Source of the DNA: the human T2T-CHM13v2.0 reference genome, Homo sapiens | Reading direction: 5' to 3' (one strand) | DNA: 64,000 nucleotides | Assembly: GCF_009914755.1 (NCBI RefSeq) | Contig: NC_060932.1 | Part shown: positions 1 to 17,339 of the stretch, piece by piece | Layout of the letters: every line of letters starts with the position of its first letter | Numbering within the stretch: position 1 is the stretch's first letter | Program-made: the position numbers and the translations under genes | The notes under the pieces: generated by a model | The model's database searches: none | What the model was told of the DNA's origin: nothing | Seen by the model: the letters and a program-made list of their open reading frames with translations, nothing else

Positions 1-1201
1 CTCACGATGGCAGGGAATCTGGCCAGCAGAGAGCATAGCCAGAGAGTAGTCAGCTGAGGGAGAGAGCCAAGAAACAGGAGCACGTATTTTGGAGAGAGCT
101 TTAGAAGGAAGAAAAGTGCAAAAGCAATCGAGTGATAAAGACTATGCTTAAAATGTACCTAAAGTAAGCCATCAGAATAACCCAATGCCAGAGAAAAGTA
201 GAGGGGACAAAAAGAAAGTACTGTGGGAAATACAGAAAATCTGCAGACCTAGAAGAAGAATTCAGCTGAGATCAGAACAGATATTATTGTCTTTGTCATT
301 TCTCTGGCCAGTTCTGCTGTGAGGAATAGTGGAACACTGTTATCACAACCCTACTGGATAGTATTTAGCCTATTGTTAATACTTTGATTTAAGTTTGGGT
401 ATGGCAAATATAGTTCTCATGTTTATGAATGGGTTCAAACATTTTAAAAATTTCCTATTATTTTTATAACGTCCCAAGTTAAACATTTTGTTAGATATGA
501 ATGCCTAGACTAGGTAAATTCAGCTTGAATTTTACAGCTAAATACTGATGCCTGGAGTTGACAAAACTAGGTAAGAACCAATCCTTAGAGACTATTGTTT
601 CCACAAGCAAGTATGTTATCAGAAATTTTTACATTGTGCTATAATTGTGTTTTTATATCTTTTTTCCCCATATACATGAGCTTTGTGGGGCTGATACTGC
701 AACTTACTCATGTAAATATACCCAACATTAAACATAGGGTATTGTTGGTGCTTCATAAGTTTGTTAAATATTGATGTGTTTGTATGTGTATATGTGTGCA
801 TCTCTGAATATTAGTGGTGAAAAGAGAGTGTGATCCAAAAAACAAAGTGAATTATACTGGAAACAAATATCCTTGGCTTTTCATCTTGCATGTTGTAATC
901 CATCAGCCATCGCCTTGCTTCCAGGAACATTATACTAATTGTCATAGGTTGTATATGTCTGACTCATGAGATCATTTAGTGAAAAGTAATAATACTAAAG
1001 AGAAAGAGGCCAGTAAGTCTGAAGATTCAGCCTCATGTATTACTCCATGGAAGCTATTCAGAAATTTCTATAATCGAACCATGTGCTTAAGGTCAGGCCT
1101 TGTCGGTAGATTATAACTAATTGTGGGACTTGATCTATAAGAGAAGTTGACAGATTAACATGTCACTTGGACCAAAAATACTTGTAGTTGTGTGAACTGA
1201 A

Positions 1202-1329
1202 CTGGGCCCCAGATGGGCAAGGTCAAGCTGTACAACTCCAGAATGGCACCACTCACATTGTCCTCTATGTGAATTGTCCTCCGTAGAGTTGTGCTGCAGA
1301 CAATCTGTGAGTTAATACACGCAGCTCTG
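1202..1329. mobile_element. MER91-like hAT-Tip100 MITE
   Basis: Internal imperfect palindrome ACAACTC..CACAT/ATGTG..GAGTTGT as in MER91; degenerate termini. Confidence 0.6.
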
Positions 1330-1350
1330 GAGGGGAGGTGGATTCCAATG

Positions 1351-1793
1351 TGTAGCAGATACTGTCAGTGCCTGACCCATGTCACTCAAATATCTCAGTT
1401 TGCTCTGCCTGACTTTCAACAGCCAGATGAGCCCAAGGATTTATCATTTCCAATCCCCAACCCTCAGTTGTGAAAAGTGGCAGATCAGAATTACTGAGGA
1501 GTTAATACCCTTAGCCTTCACCAATGAATATGGAAGTTGGTGTATATATACCCCAGATCCCTTGCCTCTTGGATGAGATCATTCTGAGACATATGTTTTA
1601 TATGTTTCCTAGAGTTCCCCTGTGGGAATAAGCTCCAGTTGCCCACTGTGGCAGCTGGCTCAGCAGCATATCCTTCATTGACTACCTTTTGTTTATGGTG
1701 TCATCTCCCCACTTTCCTTTTGGTATTGCTTGTACTTGTATTTGAACTTGAATCCTGATATCAGTATCTTCTTCTGGGAGACCTGAAACTAAA
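1351..1793 (+). mobile_element. ERVL solo LTR, LTR16-like
   Basis: Starts TGTAGCAGATACTGTCAGTGCC, contains AGCTCCAGTTGCCCAC, ends CTTCTGGGAGACCTGAAACTAA. Confidence 0.65.
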
Positions 1794-2729
1794 AGTAAAA
1801 TCCAGATCTGCTTTAAAATTTTCAGAATGTGGATGTGATTCTGGTAGCTTTGGAGGGGAAGCCCTCTTTCTTGTCTACTGAAGTTGGAGTACTGGCCTTG
1901 ATCAGCTGCCATGGTACAATGGACACTCCTGCAAAATGTAACAGGAAACCCTCTTAACTGCCATCTATGTCCATCGAATAAACAATTTAAAATCGCATTA
2001 GAGTACCCAGCGACTCACAAAGTGCTCAAATGAATGTTGTTTTTGTTTCTACCCAATATTACAGGCTTTTTAAAGTAATCTGGTCACAACTTTATTCTGT
2101 TTTCAGAGCACAAGGGAATTAAATAGAAAAATAAATCTTTTCTATTAGCCTTTCAGGGAGCTAAATGGCAGGAAAATTTAAATTTAGAAAAGGTGAAACA
2201 GAAACTCAGAGGATGTGACACAGCAATTAAAAATACATTAGGAAATGCTGAGTATGCTTACACTTAGACAAACAGGGCATAGGCCTAGGCCAGTGCTATC
2301 CACAGTTACTAAAACATACTCATTCCAGGGGATGCCACTTATTTGGAAATAGGCAGGACCATGTAATATTGAAGATAGTTTAGTATAGAAAATTAAGATA
2401 ATGAGATAATATTATTCATATTAGTTATAATATAGGAGCAAAATAATTAGAAGAAGAAAGAAAAACAAAAAGGATAGGCAGAGAATTTGATAAACTGGCT
2501 CTTTTAAAAAGGACATACATGTAAAACACTCTTGTAAAAGGTGGAGGAATTTAGACTTGAAATAATGAAAGAGGAGGATATTCAAGGGGAGTATTTATTG
2601 TAAAGGAGTGGGGAAAGATATCAGGACTGGCTGGCAGAAATGGAATGTGGCAAGTCAGTAAACTCAGAACATATGCAGGACCGCAAAATCCTTTGTAGGG
2701 TCACTTCTGGGGACTTTATCAGCTTATGT

Positions 2730-3325
2730 CACTACTCCACCCAACACCCCTAAGAGCTGCCCATCTGCTTCGGAATAAAGCCAAAAATCCCTCCAATGGG
2801 ACCCTACGTGGTCTTGTCTCTTACTTCTCTATCTTCATCTCCTATGACTCTGCCTCTTGCTGCCTTATTTCTGATGCACTGGCCTCCTTTCTGGGCCTCA
2901 AACATACCAGGCACAGTCCCCCCTCAAAGCCTTCACACAAGCTGTTCCCTCTGCCTAGGAGGCATGCACACGGCTCACTTCCTCCTCTCCTTTAAGTCTT
3001 CTCTCACATGTAAACTTCCCAGTGAAGACTGCTGTCATAATCCTATCTAAAATTTCAATCCTTCCATTGACCACCCTGCCCTATTATATTTTCAATTAAT
3101 ATTTTTCACCCTCTAGTAAAATGTGTAATGTATATTATATTTATATTTTATTTAACTCTCTCCTTCCCCCTTCTCAAACTAGAATGTAAACACCTTGAGG
3201 GCTGGAATTTTGTCTACATTTTTTCATTGACCTATCTCAACGAAAATCTCACCTGCAACAATGCCTAATGCATAGTAGGAGTCCAGTGAATATTTATGGA
3301 ATGAATGAATGAATAAATAATGACT
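2730..3325 (+). mobile_element. L2 LINE 3' fragment
   Basis: L2 3' motifs ending in GAATGAATGAAT tail. Confidence 0.75.
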
Positions 3326-4080
3326 TCTTGTTTCTTCTGGCTGTCATCAGCACCAGGCACAAAACAGTTGTTGAATAACTGAATGAAAGAATCAATAAAT
3401 GTTTATGAGCTTGACTTAGAAAGTCTTATAGATGTTGAGGAAAAGTTTCAATTAGCCTGGACGTTGGTCACAGACACCAAAATGTAAATCAAAACATTAT
3501 TCAAAGATCAATTATTCTTTCCAGCTATTGGCACTTACAGTTTAACCTTCAGCTGTAAAATACGTCATCGTAAATCTCTTGACTCCAACATCTCACTTTC
3601 CTAGGCTAGGAGATAGGAATTTTACTTAAATAAAATTTGTGACGTGAATACAGTTTCTGGGAGAGAATTTCTGGCATGGCTAGGAGTTGTCTGGCCTAGA
3701 AAGAAAGGAACCTAATCTAGTTTCTCTACTTTCCAACTCAGTGGTTACAAATAATTAGTTACTCAAATCTAGATTTTTGTAAAATTGTAATTAATTAAAC
3801 AAATGTGTTAATACTGACTACAAACATAAAAATATTAATCTTCTCAAATAAAATATATTATTTTCAAATGAGGAACATTAACATATAAAATGTATTATAC
3901 GTATCAGTGAGCTAGAAGTATGTTAGAGTAAAATATTCTTTAAAAGATTTGAAAATACAATAGCTTAAATTTAATGTGAAAGAAATTGATTTGGGGCTGA
4001 AGTCAGTTTCAAAACGGCCTTAGTATTCTGTTGTTTTTTTTTTTTTCTGAAACAAATGAATCATGCACAATCTGAAAAGA

Positions 4081-4136
4081 TGACTTTTTTCCAGAAATGC
4101 CTCAAACTTGACTGTTTTCCAGAAATGCCTCAAACT
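4081..4136. repeat. 28 bp tandem duplication
   Basis: TGACT(T/G)TTTTCCAGAAATGCCTCAAACT twice, one mismatch. Confidence 0.95.
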
Positions 4137-4852
4137 CCAGCTATGTTTCCACCATTACCTCGCAGCAAGAGGGAAACTGACAAGTAATGACAGTTATTCT
4201 GACTGTGTTTTTACTGCAAAATCCATCTTTCTGTACTGATCAGCATATTACTTTTACTTGAGCCATAGACTGAATATGGCTAGTTGCCTTTAGAGCCATG
4301 AGATTGGATCAGCCCAGGTCTTCCTAGGTCCTTTTAAATAAGACTTGCATATAAGGAAACATTCTTGTAGATGAGCTGTGACCAGCAAGCGTGACCCAAG
4401 TTTTGACAATTTATTGTTATTTTTTTCTATTACTAACTTGTAGTGACATCCCAATTTACCATAGACTTGAGAGATATCCAGGTAGATTGTACTTTGACCA
4501 TGGCCATGTGTAGATTTCAAGCAGGAGGCCAGTTTTCATGCTGCCTTTCTCTTGGAGGGGATGCTACTTAACAGTGTTGTCTATTTTCCTTCCAAAACAA
4601 AACACTATACCATCAAATGCATTAATACTTACTTATATTTTCAACAGATTATCTCTTTTCATAACTTTTAATCACACAGGAGAAATTCTTATAGGATATT
4701 AGGTGAAAAGTGCAGATAACAAAAATAATGGATTCCAATTGTATAAAAATATATACAATTTGAAAACTGGCTTTGATAATTTAGTTTTGTATTAGAATAT
4801 CTTCATTTAGAAATCTGGAAACAAAAAGTAATCCTACGCTGCCATTATTATT

Positions 4853-5173
<321 letters not shown>

Positions 5174-5220
5174 TAAAGCTGACTTTATTGCTTTATAAGA
5201 TTTATTGCTTTTTAAAATTT

Positions 5221-8024
<2,804 letters not shown>

Positions 8025-8099
8025 TAAATAGAAGAAGTTCACAATTACTATTAGCTCCTCCTATAGACCATATAAGCTAGTCTCTGGACCACTCCAAGG

Positions 8100-8166
8100 A
8101 AAAGAAGTACTGGGGCTTAGGACTTCAACATATGAATTCTGGGAAAGACACAGCTTAGTCCATTAT
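8100..8166 (-). mobile_element. MLT1 (MaLR) LTR fragment
   Basis: GGGGCTTAGGACTTCAACATATGAATT..GACACA..AGTCCATTA terminus. Confidence 0.6.
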
Positions 8167-8167
8167 A

Positions 8168-8338
8168 GGAAGTGACTGCTTAATGAGTATGAGTTCCTTT
8201 TGGGGTGAAGAAAATGTTCTGGAAATAGTAGTAATGGCTACGTAACACTATAAACATGCCAAATGCCACTTAGTTCTACACTTAAACCAGTTAAAATGGT
8301 AAATTGTATGTTGTGTGTATTTTATTAAAATAAAAAAG
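8168..8338 (+). mobile_element. L1MB/MC-type 3' end
   Basis: TTTTGGGGTGAAGAAAATGTTCTGGAA..TTAAAATGGTAAATT..A tail. Confidence 0.8.
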
Positions 8339-8339
8339 T

Positions 8340-9105
8340 CATCACCTAGTCATGTTGATTTGATCTTGGGAAATGCTTCAAATCAGAATACATCTTGCCA
8401 TCTCTACCATTCTAGTCCAAGCCACCATTACTTCCTGCATGATATATGTCAATACTTTTTAACTACATTTTTGTGTCCATCTTTGCTCTGCTTCAATCTT
8501 TACTCTGCCCTAAAGGCAGATTTTTTTGTTTATTCAATTGTGTTACTCCCTGATTAAAAATTTTCAGTGGTTTCTCATTTTGTTTAAAATCAAATACAAA
8601 ATTTCTGGTTGTAACTACAGGTTCATTATGCTCAGGTATTGGCCTATATATCAGCCATATTTCTTTTCCACTGATTAATTTGCTTTAGTTTCAATCCATT
8701 ATCTTTTAATTTTTGAGCAATCCCGGATCATTCTCATCTCCAGGCTTTTGCATATGCTATTCTCTTCACCCCCACTATGCTGCCTTCACTTTTTACCTAC
8801 CTAACATCTATCATCATTCTTAACTTAAATGTCACTTTTCAAAGAGATTTTCTGTGATTTCTTCATCTAAATTATTTTCTTTCATAGCACCCAATTTCTT
8901 TCTTCTGAATACATAGAACAACAAAAATATTAACCACTAATTTATATTTATCTGTTTATAATGTTTGTCTCTTCCACCATATTGTAAGCCCTATGATGGT
9001 AGCAACCATGTTTATTTGGTTCATGGCTATATCCACAGCATATAGTACAGCATGCACTACATAGTAGGCACTCAAAAATATTACTTGAATGAATAAATAA
9101 ATGAA
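8340..9105 (+). mobile_element. L2 LINE 3' fragment
   Basis: Ends CATAGTAGGCACTCAAAAATATTACTTGAATGAAT. Confidence 0.75.
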
Positions 9106-10061
9106 GAAAATGGTAGAGTTAGACTAAAAGATTTCAAAAGCTCTATCCACCTAGAGATTATGCAGTTTGTAATTAAATTACCTTATTTTCCTTAATTTTA
9201 ATGATTGCTTAAAAGCTTAGAAGTACTTACAATATCCCATAAATACTCTTATAGTGCTCTAGTGTGGCTCTTAAAATCTTTCAGTTAAGCACACACTATG
9301 GACCAACTCCTGCTGAAATTGGAGTTTGACTCAATAAAGAAATAAGTGGATATTAATAATAATGAAATACAATCTATAGCATATTTAATCAATAAAATGA
9401 GAAGTTAGCCTTTGTTTTCTTTAGTAAGTGTATTAAGGAATAAAGAAAAGACTGAAGAAAATGAAGCAAGAAAAAAGATATAGCTAAGGATGGAATTAAA
9501 GAAATTTTGACAGATGGTAAAAATAACTTGCCAAAAATAATAATAAAAAACAAATGCAGGATTATCTAAGAAGGTATAAATTACTTTAAATGACTCAGAA
9601 AGAGGTAAAAGTGGAATATATAAATAACCATACTGAAGGTCTATTCTTATAAACGACATCAGCTCAAAATGATTTATAAGCCAGTTCTATTCAACCTTTA
9701 AGGAACAGATAATTACTCTGTTAAACTTTCTGAAGCATTAAAAGTGTTGAAAAACTTTAAAATTAATTCAATTGAGCTGCATAATCCTGTTAAAAAACAG
9801 AAAATAAAAGAAAAAATAAGAGGAAACTATAGTTCAGTATCATTTATAAACATAATTACAAATAAGTTAAATATTTACAAGTTAAAATTAGCATTTTTTT
9901 CAGACAATAATGTAAATGATCAAACAAGTTTTATTCTAGAAGTGTAAGAATGATGTAGCATTCGGAAATTTATTAATATAATTTACTAAATTAACAAATT
10001 AGAGACCATTATACAATTATGTTATTACAAAATGGTATTACTCATGAATCAATCCATTCTT

Positions 10062-11955
10062 TTAAAAATTGTATTGTTTTAAATTGCCAAATAAACATTG
10101 TACATATTCATGGGGTACATAGTGATATTTCGATACATGTAATGTATAGTGATCAGACCAGGATAAATTAGTCTATCCATCATCTCAAACATTTATTTCT
10201 TTGTAATTTCTCATTTATTATGATTAAACATTTATCATATTCTCCCTCTACCCTTCCCAGTCTCTGGTATCCTCTATTCTACTCTTTACTTCTATGATAT
10301 CAACTTTTTAAGCTTCCATATATAGTGAGAACATGCAATGTTTAACTTTCGTTTGCTGGTTTATTTCACTTAACATGATGTATCTCAGTTCCATCCATGC
10401 TGCTGCAAGTGACAGAATTTCATTCTTTTTTATGTCTGAATAGTATTCCATTGTGTATATATACACCACATTTTATTTATCCATTCACCTGTTGTTGGAC
10501 ACTTAGATTGATTCCATATCTTGGATATTGTGAATATGACTGTGATAAACATGGGCTGCAGATGTTTCTTCAATTTAATGATTTCCTTTGCTTTGGATAA
10601 ATTACCAACAATGGGGTTGCTGGATCATATGGTAGTCCCAATTGTAGTTTCTTGAGGAACCTTCATACTGGTCCTTATAGTGGCTGCACTAGCTTATATT
10701 CCCACCAACAGTGTAGAGGAATTCTCTTTCCTTTGCATCCTTGCCAGCATTTGATATTTTTTGTTTTTCTGATAATAGCCATCCTAAGTGGGGTGAGATG
10801 GTACCTCATTGTGGTTTTGATTTGCATTTCTCTGATGATTAGTGATCTTGAACATTTTTTCATGGATTTGAACCCATTTATATGTCTTCTTTTGAGAAAT
10901 ATCTCTTCAGATTTTTTGCCCATTTTTTTTTTCCTTTTGAGATGTTTGAGTTCTTTGCATATTCTGGATATTAATGCCCTGTCAGATAAGTAGTTTACTC
11001 CCAGTCTGTAGGTTATTGTTTCACTCTGCTGACTGTTTCCTTTGTTGTGCAGAAGCTTTTTAGTTTGATATAATCCCATTTGTTTATTTTTGCTTTTGTG
11101 GCCTGTGCTTTTAAGGTCTTATTCATAAAAGCTTTTCCCAGACCAATATCTTGAAGCATTTACCCTATTTTTTTCTAATAGTTTTTTTTTTTTTATCATT
11201 TTGGGTCTTATATTGTATCTTTGATCCATTTTGAGTTGATTTTTGTATAGGTGAGAGGCGGGGGGTTCTAAATTCATTCTAGTTTTAGTCATTTATGCCA
11301 GTACCATGCTGTTATGGTTACTACAGCTTTGTAGTATATTTTACGATCTAGGTGTGGAATACCTCCAGCTTTGTTCTTTTTGCTCAAGATTGCTTTGTCT
11401 ATTCAGGGTCTTTTATGGTTTCATGAAAATTTTAGGAGTTTTTTCTATGTCTGTGAAGAATGTCATTGGTATTTTGATAGGGATTACATTGAATCTGCAG
11501 ATTACTTTAGGTAGTATTGTCATTTTAACAATATTAATTCTTCCAATTAATGAGCATGGGATGTCTTTCTATTTGTTTGTATACTCTCCCATTTCTTTGA
11601 TGAGTGTTTTGTAGTTTTTCTTGTAGAGATTTTTCACTTCCTTGATTAAACTTATTCCCAGGTATTTTGTTTGTTTTTTCATAGCTATTGTAAATGAGAT
11701 TACCTTCTTGATTTCTTTTTCAGTTACTTTATTATTCGTGTATGGAAACACTACTGATTTTTGTATGTTAATTCTGTATCCTGCAACTTTACTGAATTTG
11801 TTTATTTACCCATTCTAATAAGTTTTGGTAGAATATTTAAGTTTTTCTATATGTAAGATCAGTCATCTGCAAACAGGAATAATTTGACTTTCTCTTTTCT
11901 AATTTGGATGCCCTTTATTTCTTTCTCTTGACTAACTGTTCTGGCTAGGACTTCC
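10062..11955 (-). mobile_element. L1MA-type 3' ~1.9 kb
   Basis: ORF 10675-11079 resembles L1 ORF2 C-terminus; L1MA-style 3' end (CATGGGGTACATAGTGATATTT). Confidence 0.9.
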
Positions 11956-12604
11956 TCAACACCATTTTTAATGAAGTCAAGCTAAAAATAAGTAAGTTCT
12001 TCCTTAATTTAATAAAAGAAAAAGGAAAAACTTAGCAAATAGCAAACATAATACTTAATAGGGGAACATTAGTGTATTTTAATTAAAGTCTTGATCAAAA
12101 TAAGGGTGCCTAATTCTATCATGACAACTGGAATGGGAGTCCTAACAAATGCAATGAGGCAAAAAGAAAAATAAGTTAGAAATATAGACCAAGAAACTAA
12201 CACTTTTACTATTTGCACACAATAGAATTGTCTGAGAGAAGGAATGGAACAATATTTAGTAAAACAGGTTGATACAATGTCAAAATATAAAACTCAATCT
12301 CTTTTCTATTAACAATAAAATTTTAATTAGAAAAAATGAAAGAGAAAATAATCCAACTAAATAGCAATAAAATTATTAAATATATCCACGAATAAGCAGC
12401 AGAATGTGTAAGGTTTTTATAGGGGATATTATGTAATTTTATTGATGTACATATAATAAAGCCTGAATAAAAGCTTTAAAATATGAAAACTCAATAAAGG
12501 TGTTAATTAAACTTAAATAAATGTATAAATTAAAGAAAATCCTAATTAAAATCCCAGTATTTTTTAAAAATGAAAGTTATGAGTTTCTTTTAAAATTCTT
12601 TTGA

Positions 12605-12990
<386 letters not shown>

Positions 12991-13898
12991 TGTTTTATAC
13001 TTCTTAAAAAAGACAGAATTGTGCTCTTTATTGGAGGGAAGTATTATTGGGGCAAATATTACAAGAAAACTAGGTTTAGTTTTGGAAGATGATGTTGTCT
13101 TCCTTTAGCTGGGTGAGTAATTGCTTTGCAAATCTCACTCAGTCAGGTTCTAAGTCCAACATTTGTAGAAAAAAAAAAATAGAAAACTTCACCTTGGCCC
13201 TAGACCAAACTCATCCTCTTATACAACATACTGGAAGTTCTATATTTTGAGGGGATTACTGGACACTACTCAGCCAGTACAAAGCTCATGCTGCACATTT
13301 TTATCCTTATCAGACTCTAAGTGTTTATTATTAATTTTTGAGGAATCCAGAAAGGAAGATGGTGAGTAATCAACACTCGCATAAGGAAGTTGTTTGTGAA
13401 ATCTCAAAACAAACCAAAAAGCAAAAAGACACCTGCTAATTACAAATACAAGTTTAAAATTGTACTTTAATTTAATTTCCAATATTTGAATTTCAAATTT
13501 AAATTCAAGTTTAAATATTTCGATCCTAAATTCAAATTTAATTTGAATTTTAAAATAATGGGAAGGTGGTGTGGTAAGGTAATTTGCTCTCCATTTGTGC
13601 TAAAAAATTTTATCTCTACCTCACATAAAATAACTTCCAGATGATTATACAATCACAAAAAACTACTGACATTAAAGAAAAGTGCAAGAGATTATTTTGA
13701 CAATGTGGAATGGAGGGAACCTATAAAAGCCAACAAACCTATAAAACCCAAAAGCCATTAAAAATGAATGAATTTCTCTAAATAAAAATTAATAATTTCT
13801 GCACAAGGAAAGATCAATCAACAAAGTTAAAAAACAAGCAGCAGACTGGGAGAAACTATTTGCGGCAAACACAACAGAAAAAGTTAAGTCCTTTATTG

Positions 13899-14423
13899 CA
13901 GCAGTCCCCAACCTTTTTGACAGCAGATACCAGTTTTGTGGAAGGCAATTTTGTCACGGACAGGGTCGAGGATGTTTTCGGGATGATTCAAGCACATTAC
14001 GCTCGTTGTTCACTTTATTTCCATTAGTATTACATTGTAATATATAATGAAATAATTATACAACTCACCATAATGTAGAATCAGTGGGAGCCATGAGCTT
14101 GTTTTTCTGCAACTAGATGGTCCCATCTTGGTCTGATGGGAGACAGTGACAGATCATCAGCCATTAGATTCTCATAAAGAGTGTGCAACCTAGATCCCTC
14201 GCATGTGCTGTTCACAATAGGGTTTCATACTCCTATGAGAATCTAAAGCCACTGCTGATCTTGCAGGAGGCAGAGGTCAGGTGGTAATGCAAGTGATGGG
14301 GAGTGGCTGTATATACAGATGAAGCTTTGCTCGCTCACCCACCACTCACCTCCTGCTGTGTGGCCTGGTTCCTAACAGGCCAGTACAGGTACCCGTCCAT
14401 AGCCTGGGGGTTAGGAACCCCTA
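13899..14423. mobile_element. MER1A hAT-Charlie non-autonomous DNA transposon
   Basis: TIR-like ends CAGCAGTCCCCAACC / GGTTAGGAACCCCT, ~525 bp, MER1 core CATTAGATTCTCATAA. Confidence 0.9.
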
Positions 14424-16577
14424 CTCTAGGGGTTTCTATGGTTAAATAAGGAAAAACAAATAACCTAATAAGAAAAATGAACAAAAGTTATAAATATGAA
14501 ATTCTTCAAGAAAATATAAATGACTAGCATACATTTCAAAATGTGCTTAAGTTCATTAGTATTGAGGTGAATTCAAATCGAAGTAGAAATGAGCTATCTT
14601 TCTCCATCAGTTTAGCAAAACTTAAAGAGATTGATAATGGCCAATGCTGACTGGTATGCAAACTGGTGCTCTCAAGAAGTATTCATCAGTATTTAACCTG
14701 GCTCTACATTTCTGAAGTCAATTTGACATTATCTTTCAAACTAAAGATTTATATATTATTCGACCAGAAAATCCACATTTAATATCCTTATTTTCTTCCA
14801 CAATGAAGGCTTTCTTAGATACTGCCCTTGAGCGTGTGAGATCACAACTCACGTTCACGCTCAGTCCAATCAAGGATGTTCCAAGGCTCCTCCTCACATG
14901 TTCAGCTAAAGTTTCCCAATCATATTCCCAGGCAGCTAGGGGAGCAAGGGCTTCCAGTCTCAGCCCCATGGCATCACAATATTGGTATCCCTACCCTATA
15001 ACAATTTAGGCAAAAGGTCAAGAACTCAAAATAGAAATGAAGTGGGGAGAGCAGGAGTACGTATGTGAATGGTGGGTTTTGGAGCAAACTACAGAGGATG
15101 TGCCTTGGCCAAAGGAATCTATATTTATAAAAGAAATATTATTTTTAAATGTTGGTTCATTACTTTAAAACAAAGGAAATGAAATTTATGGGGAGCAAAG
15201 GAAACATAATTTGCTTCATGGGCAATTTCTTGATATCTCCTAATCAAGCCTTGCCACCAGTCCAGTATTACCTTCATTTGTGGTTAGCTTCCCCTAACTG
15301 TTCCTGCAGTCTTGACCAGCCCACACACCTTATATAGGACCATTGCAATCTATTGTAGGCTCTAAAGGCATTGAATATCTAAAAGCAAACTGTCTCATCA
15401 TGGTTTCTTTTCCTAGAGGGCTCCTTGACTCCTCTGCAGATGTACAAACCTCTTCTCTAGTGTCAAGTCTGTATGCCAAGGGAATGGGGGTGATGGTGAA
15501 CAGCATTAAGCTACTAAAGCTCCAAGCACTCTTCCTTTTGACAAAGGTGCCCACTTATCTTTTCATTACAAAGTCACTTAAGTGACTCTTCCCAGAACAC
15601 TGTAAATTTGCTACAACTTCACTTCTCTCTCTAGAAAGAGATGCATCTGATAAGTCCTGCATTGGAAAAAATTAAACTTCTGTGTTCTAATCCCCCAGTC
15701 ACATGAAGACTAGTAGGAAAGCTATATATATCAAGAAATGCGGACAAATACCAAATACAACATGTGTTCTGCCTTCTTACAGAGAAAGGGTTAAGGAACC
15801 ACACCTCCAACTTAAAGGCCAGGGTTACTTTATTCAGTTAGGAGAGGAGGCACTGTTTTCATAGAGTAACGAACCACAGTTTTTCTGCCCCACAGAATTC
15901 TAATGCTGTCAAGTATGGTAAGACAGATGATCCTATGTAAAATGATATTTTACAAAGCAAAACAGATATAACTCAGTAACTGTGCATCTAATTGACTTAA
16001 TTGCCTCATTTATCACATGACTTAAGTGAGCTGATGTTTTCTACTCTGCTTCACCCATGTAATTCTTGAAATATAAGAGCCAAGACATGGTGCCAGGCAT
16101 GAGCGAGAAATCCTCTCTCCTGAGAAAAGATATCACTGGAATGATGTTGGCTTTGGATTCCAGTTTATTGAAAAATCAATGTCCATTTGTGCGACCAACA
16201 CATATGGCTTTCTTCCAGGCTGATGATGGCTTTGGGAGGCTGGCAATCACCTAATGAAGTCAGATCAGCTTACCCGGCACCTGAATTGCAGTTGGCAAAG
16301 TGACTTTGTCATTAAAACCCAGTTTATCATTCCTGTTGGTGTTGTTCTTCCCACTTCACCCCCTCCTCTCCATTTCTCCAGAAGCCACAGTATTGTTTTT
16401 CTCTTATGCAGATAACAGACCAATGGCTCCAATTTTTAACATTTCAAAGGGACTCATGTGATGTTTGGTGCTCAAAGGATAAACAACTTTTTTATATGTC
16501 TGTGTCTTTTATGGGTTAGAGAAGTACATAAATACATATATATACATACGTACATGTATATACACACGTATATATAC

Positions 16578-16633
16578 ACTCAAGACTGAGTAGGACTACA
16601 CACATATGTATGTAGTGCTACTCAGTCTTGAGT
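16578..16633. repeat. Near-perfect 56 bp inverted repeat
   Basis: 23 bp arms ACTCAAGACTGAGTAGGACTACA / TGTAGTGCTACTCAGTCTTGAGT with one mismatch. Confidence 0.95.
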
Positions 16634-17030
16634 CAAAATAGATGATTTTAAAAGTCAGAGCCAGGTTTGTAACAGGCTTAATTGAAATTCATCAGTTTAG
16701 CTGTCTTGAGTAAATCAGCAAGGCTAACTTTGTCTAATGTGTTCATCCATACATTTCTATAAACAGAATCCAGCTCACATTTTACATATGGCTTTAAAAA
16801 ATTTATCACTAAAGTAATACCATTTTCCCATTATTAAATGGAGTGGCAATCTAAATTACAATACTGTTTTTTTTTGTTTGTTTTTTTTTAGTCCCCCAGT
16901 GTTCTCTTCCCCTGGAGAATGCCATCAGAGTGATAGTCATTGGCAACAGAAGCTCTGGCAAGGCAGGTTTTTTGTTTTTTTTTCTCTCCCTGAAATCTGC
17001 CAAGAGTAACAAATAATTCTGTCAGAAAGT

Positions 17031-17339
17031 GAGCGGTGGCTCAAGCCTGTAATCCCAGCACTTTGGGAGGCCGAGGCGGGCAGATCACGAGGTCAGGAGA
17101 TCAAGACTATCCTGGATAACACGCTGAAACCCCGTCTCTACTAAAAAAATAAAAAATAAAAAATTAGCCGGGCATGGTGGCAGGCGCCTGTAGCCCCAGC
17201 TACTCAGGAGGCTGAGGCAGGAGAATGGCTGAACCCGGGAGGCGGAGGTTGCAGTGAGCTGAGATTGTGCCATTGCACTCCAGCCTGGGCGACAGAGCAA
17301 GACTTCATCTCAAAAAAAATAAAAAATAATAATAATAAT
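17031..17339 (+). mobile_element. AluY/AluSc-type element
   Basis: Alu dimer lacking first few nt; short TSD AAAGTG at 17026-17031 and 17340-17345. Confidence 0.95.

Noticed and set aside
1232-1292. Hairpin as novel ncRNA
   Set aside because: Explained by the internal palindrome of a MER91-type MITE.
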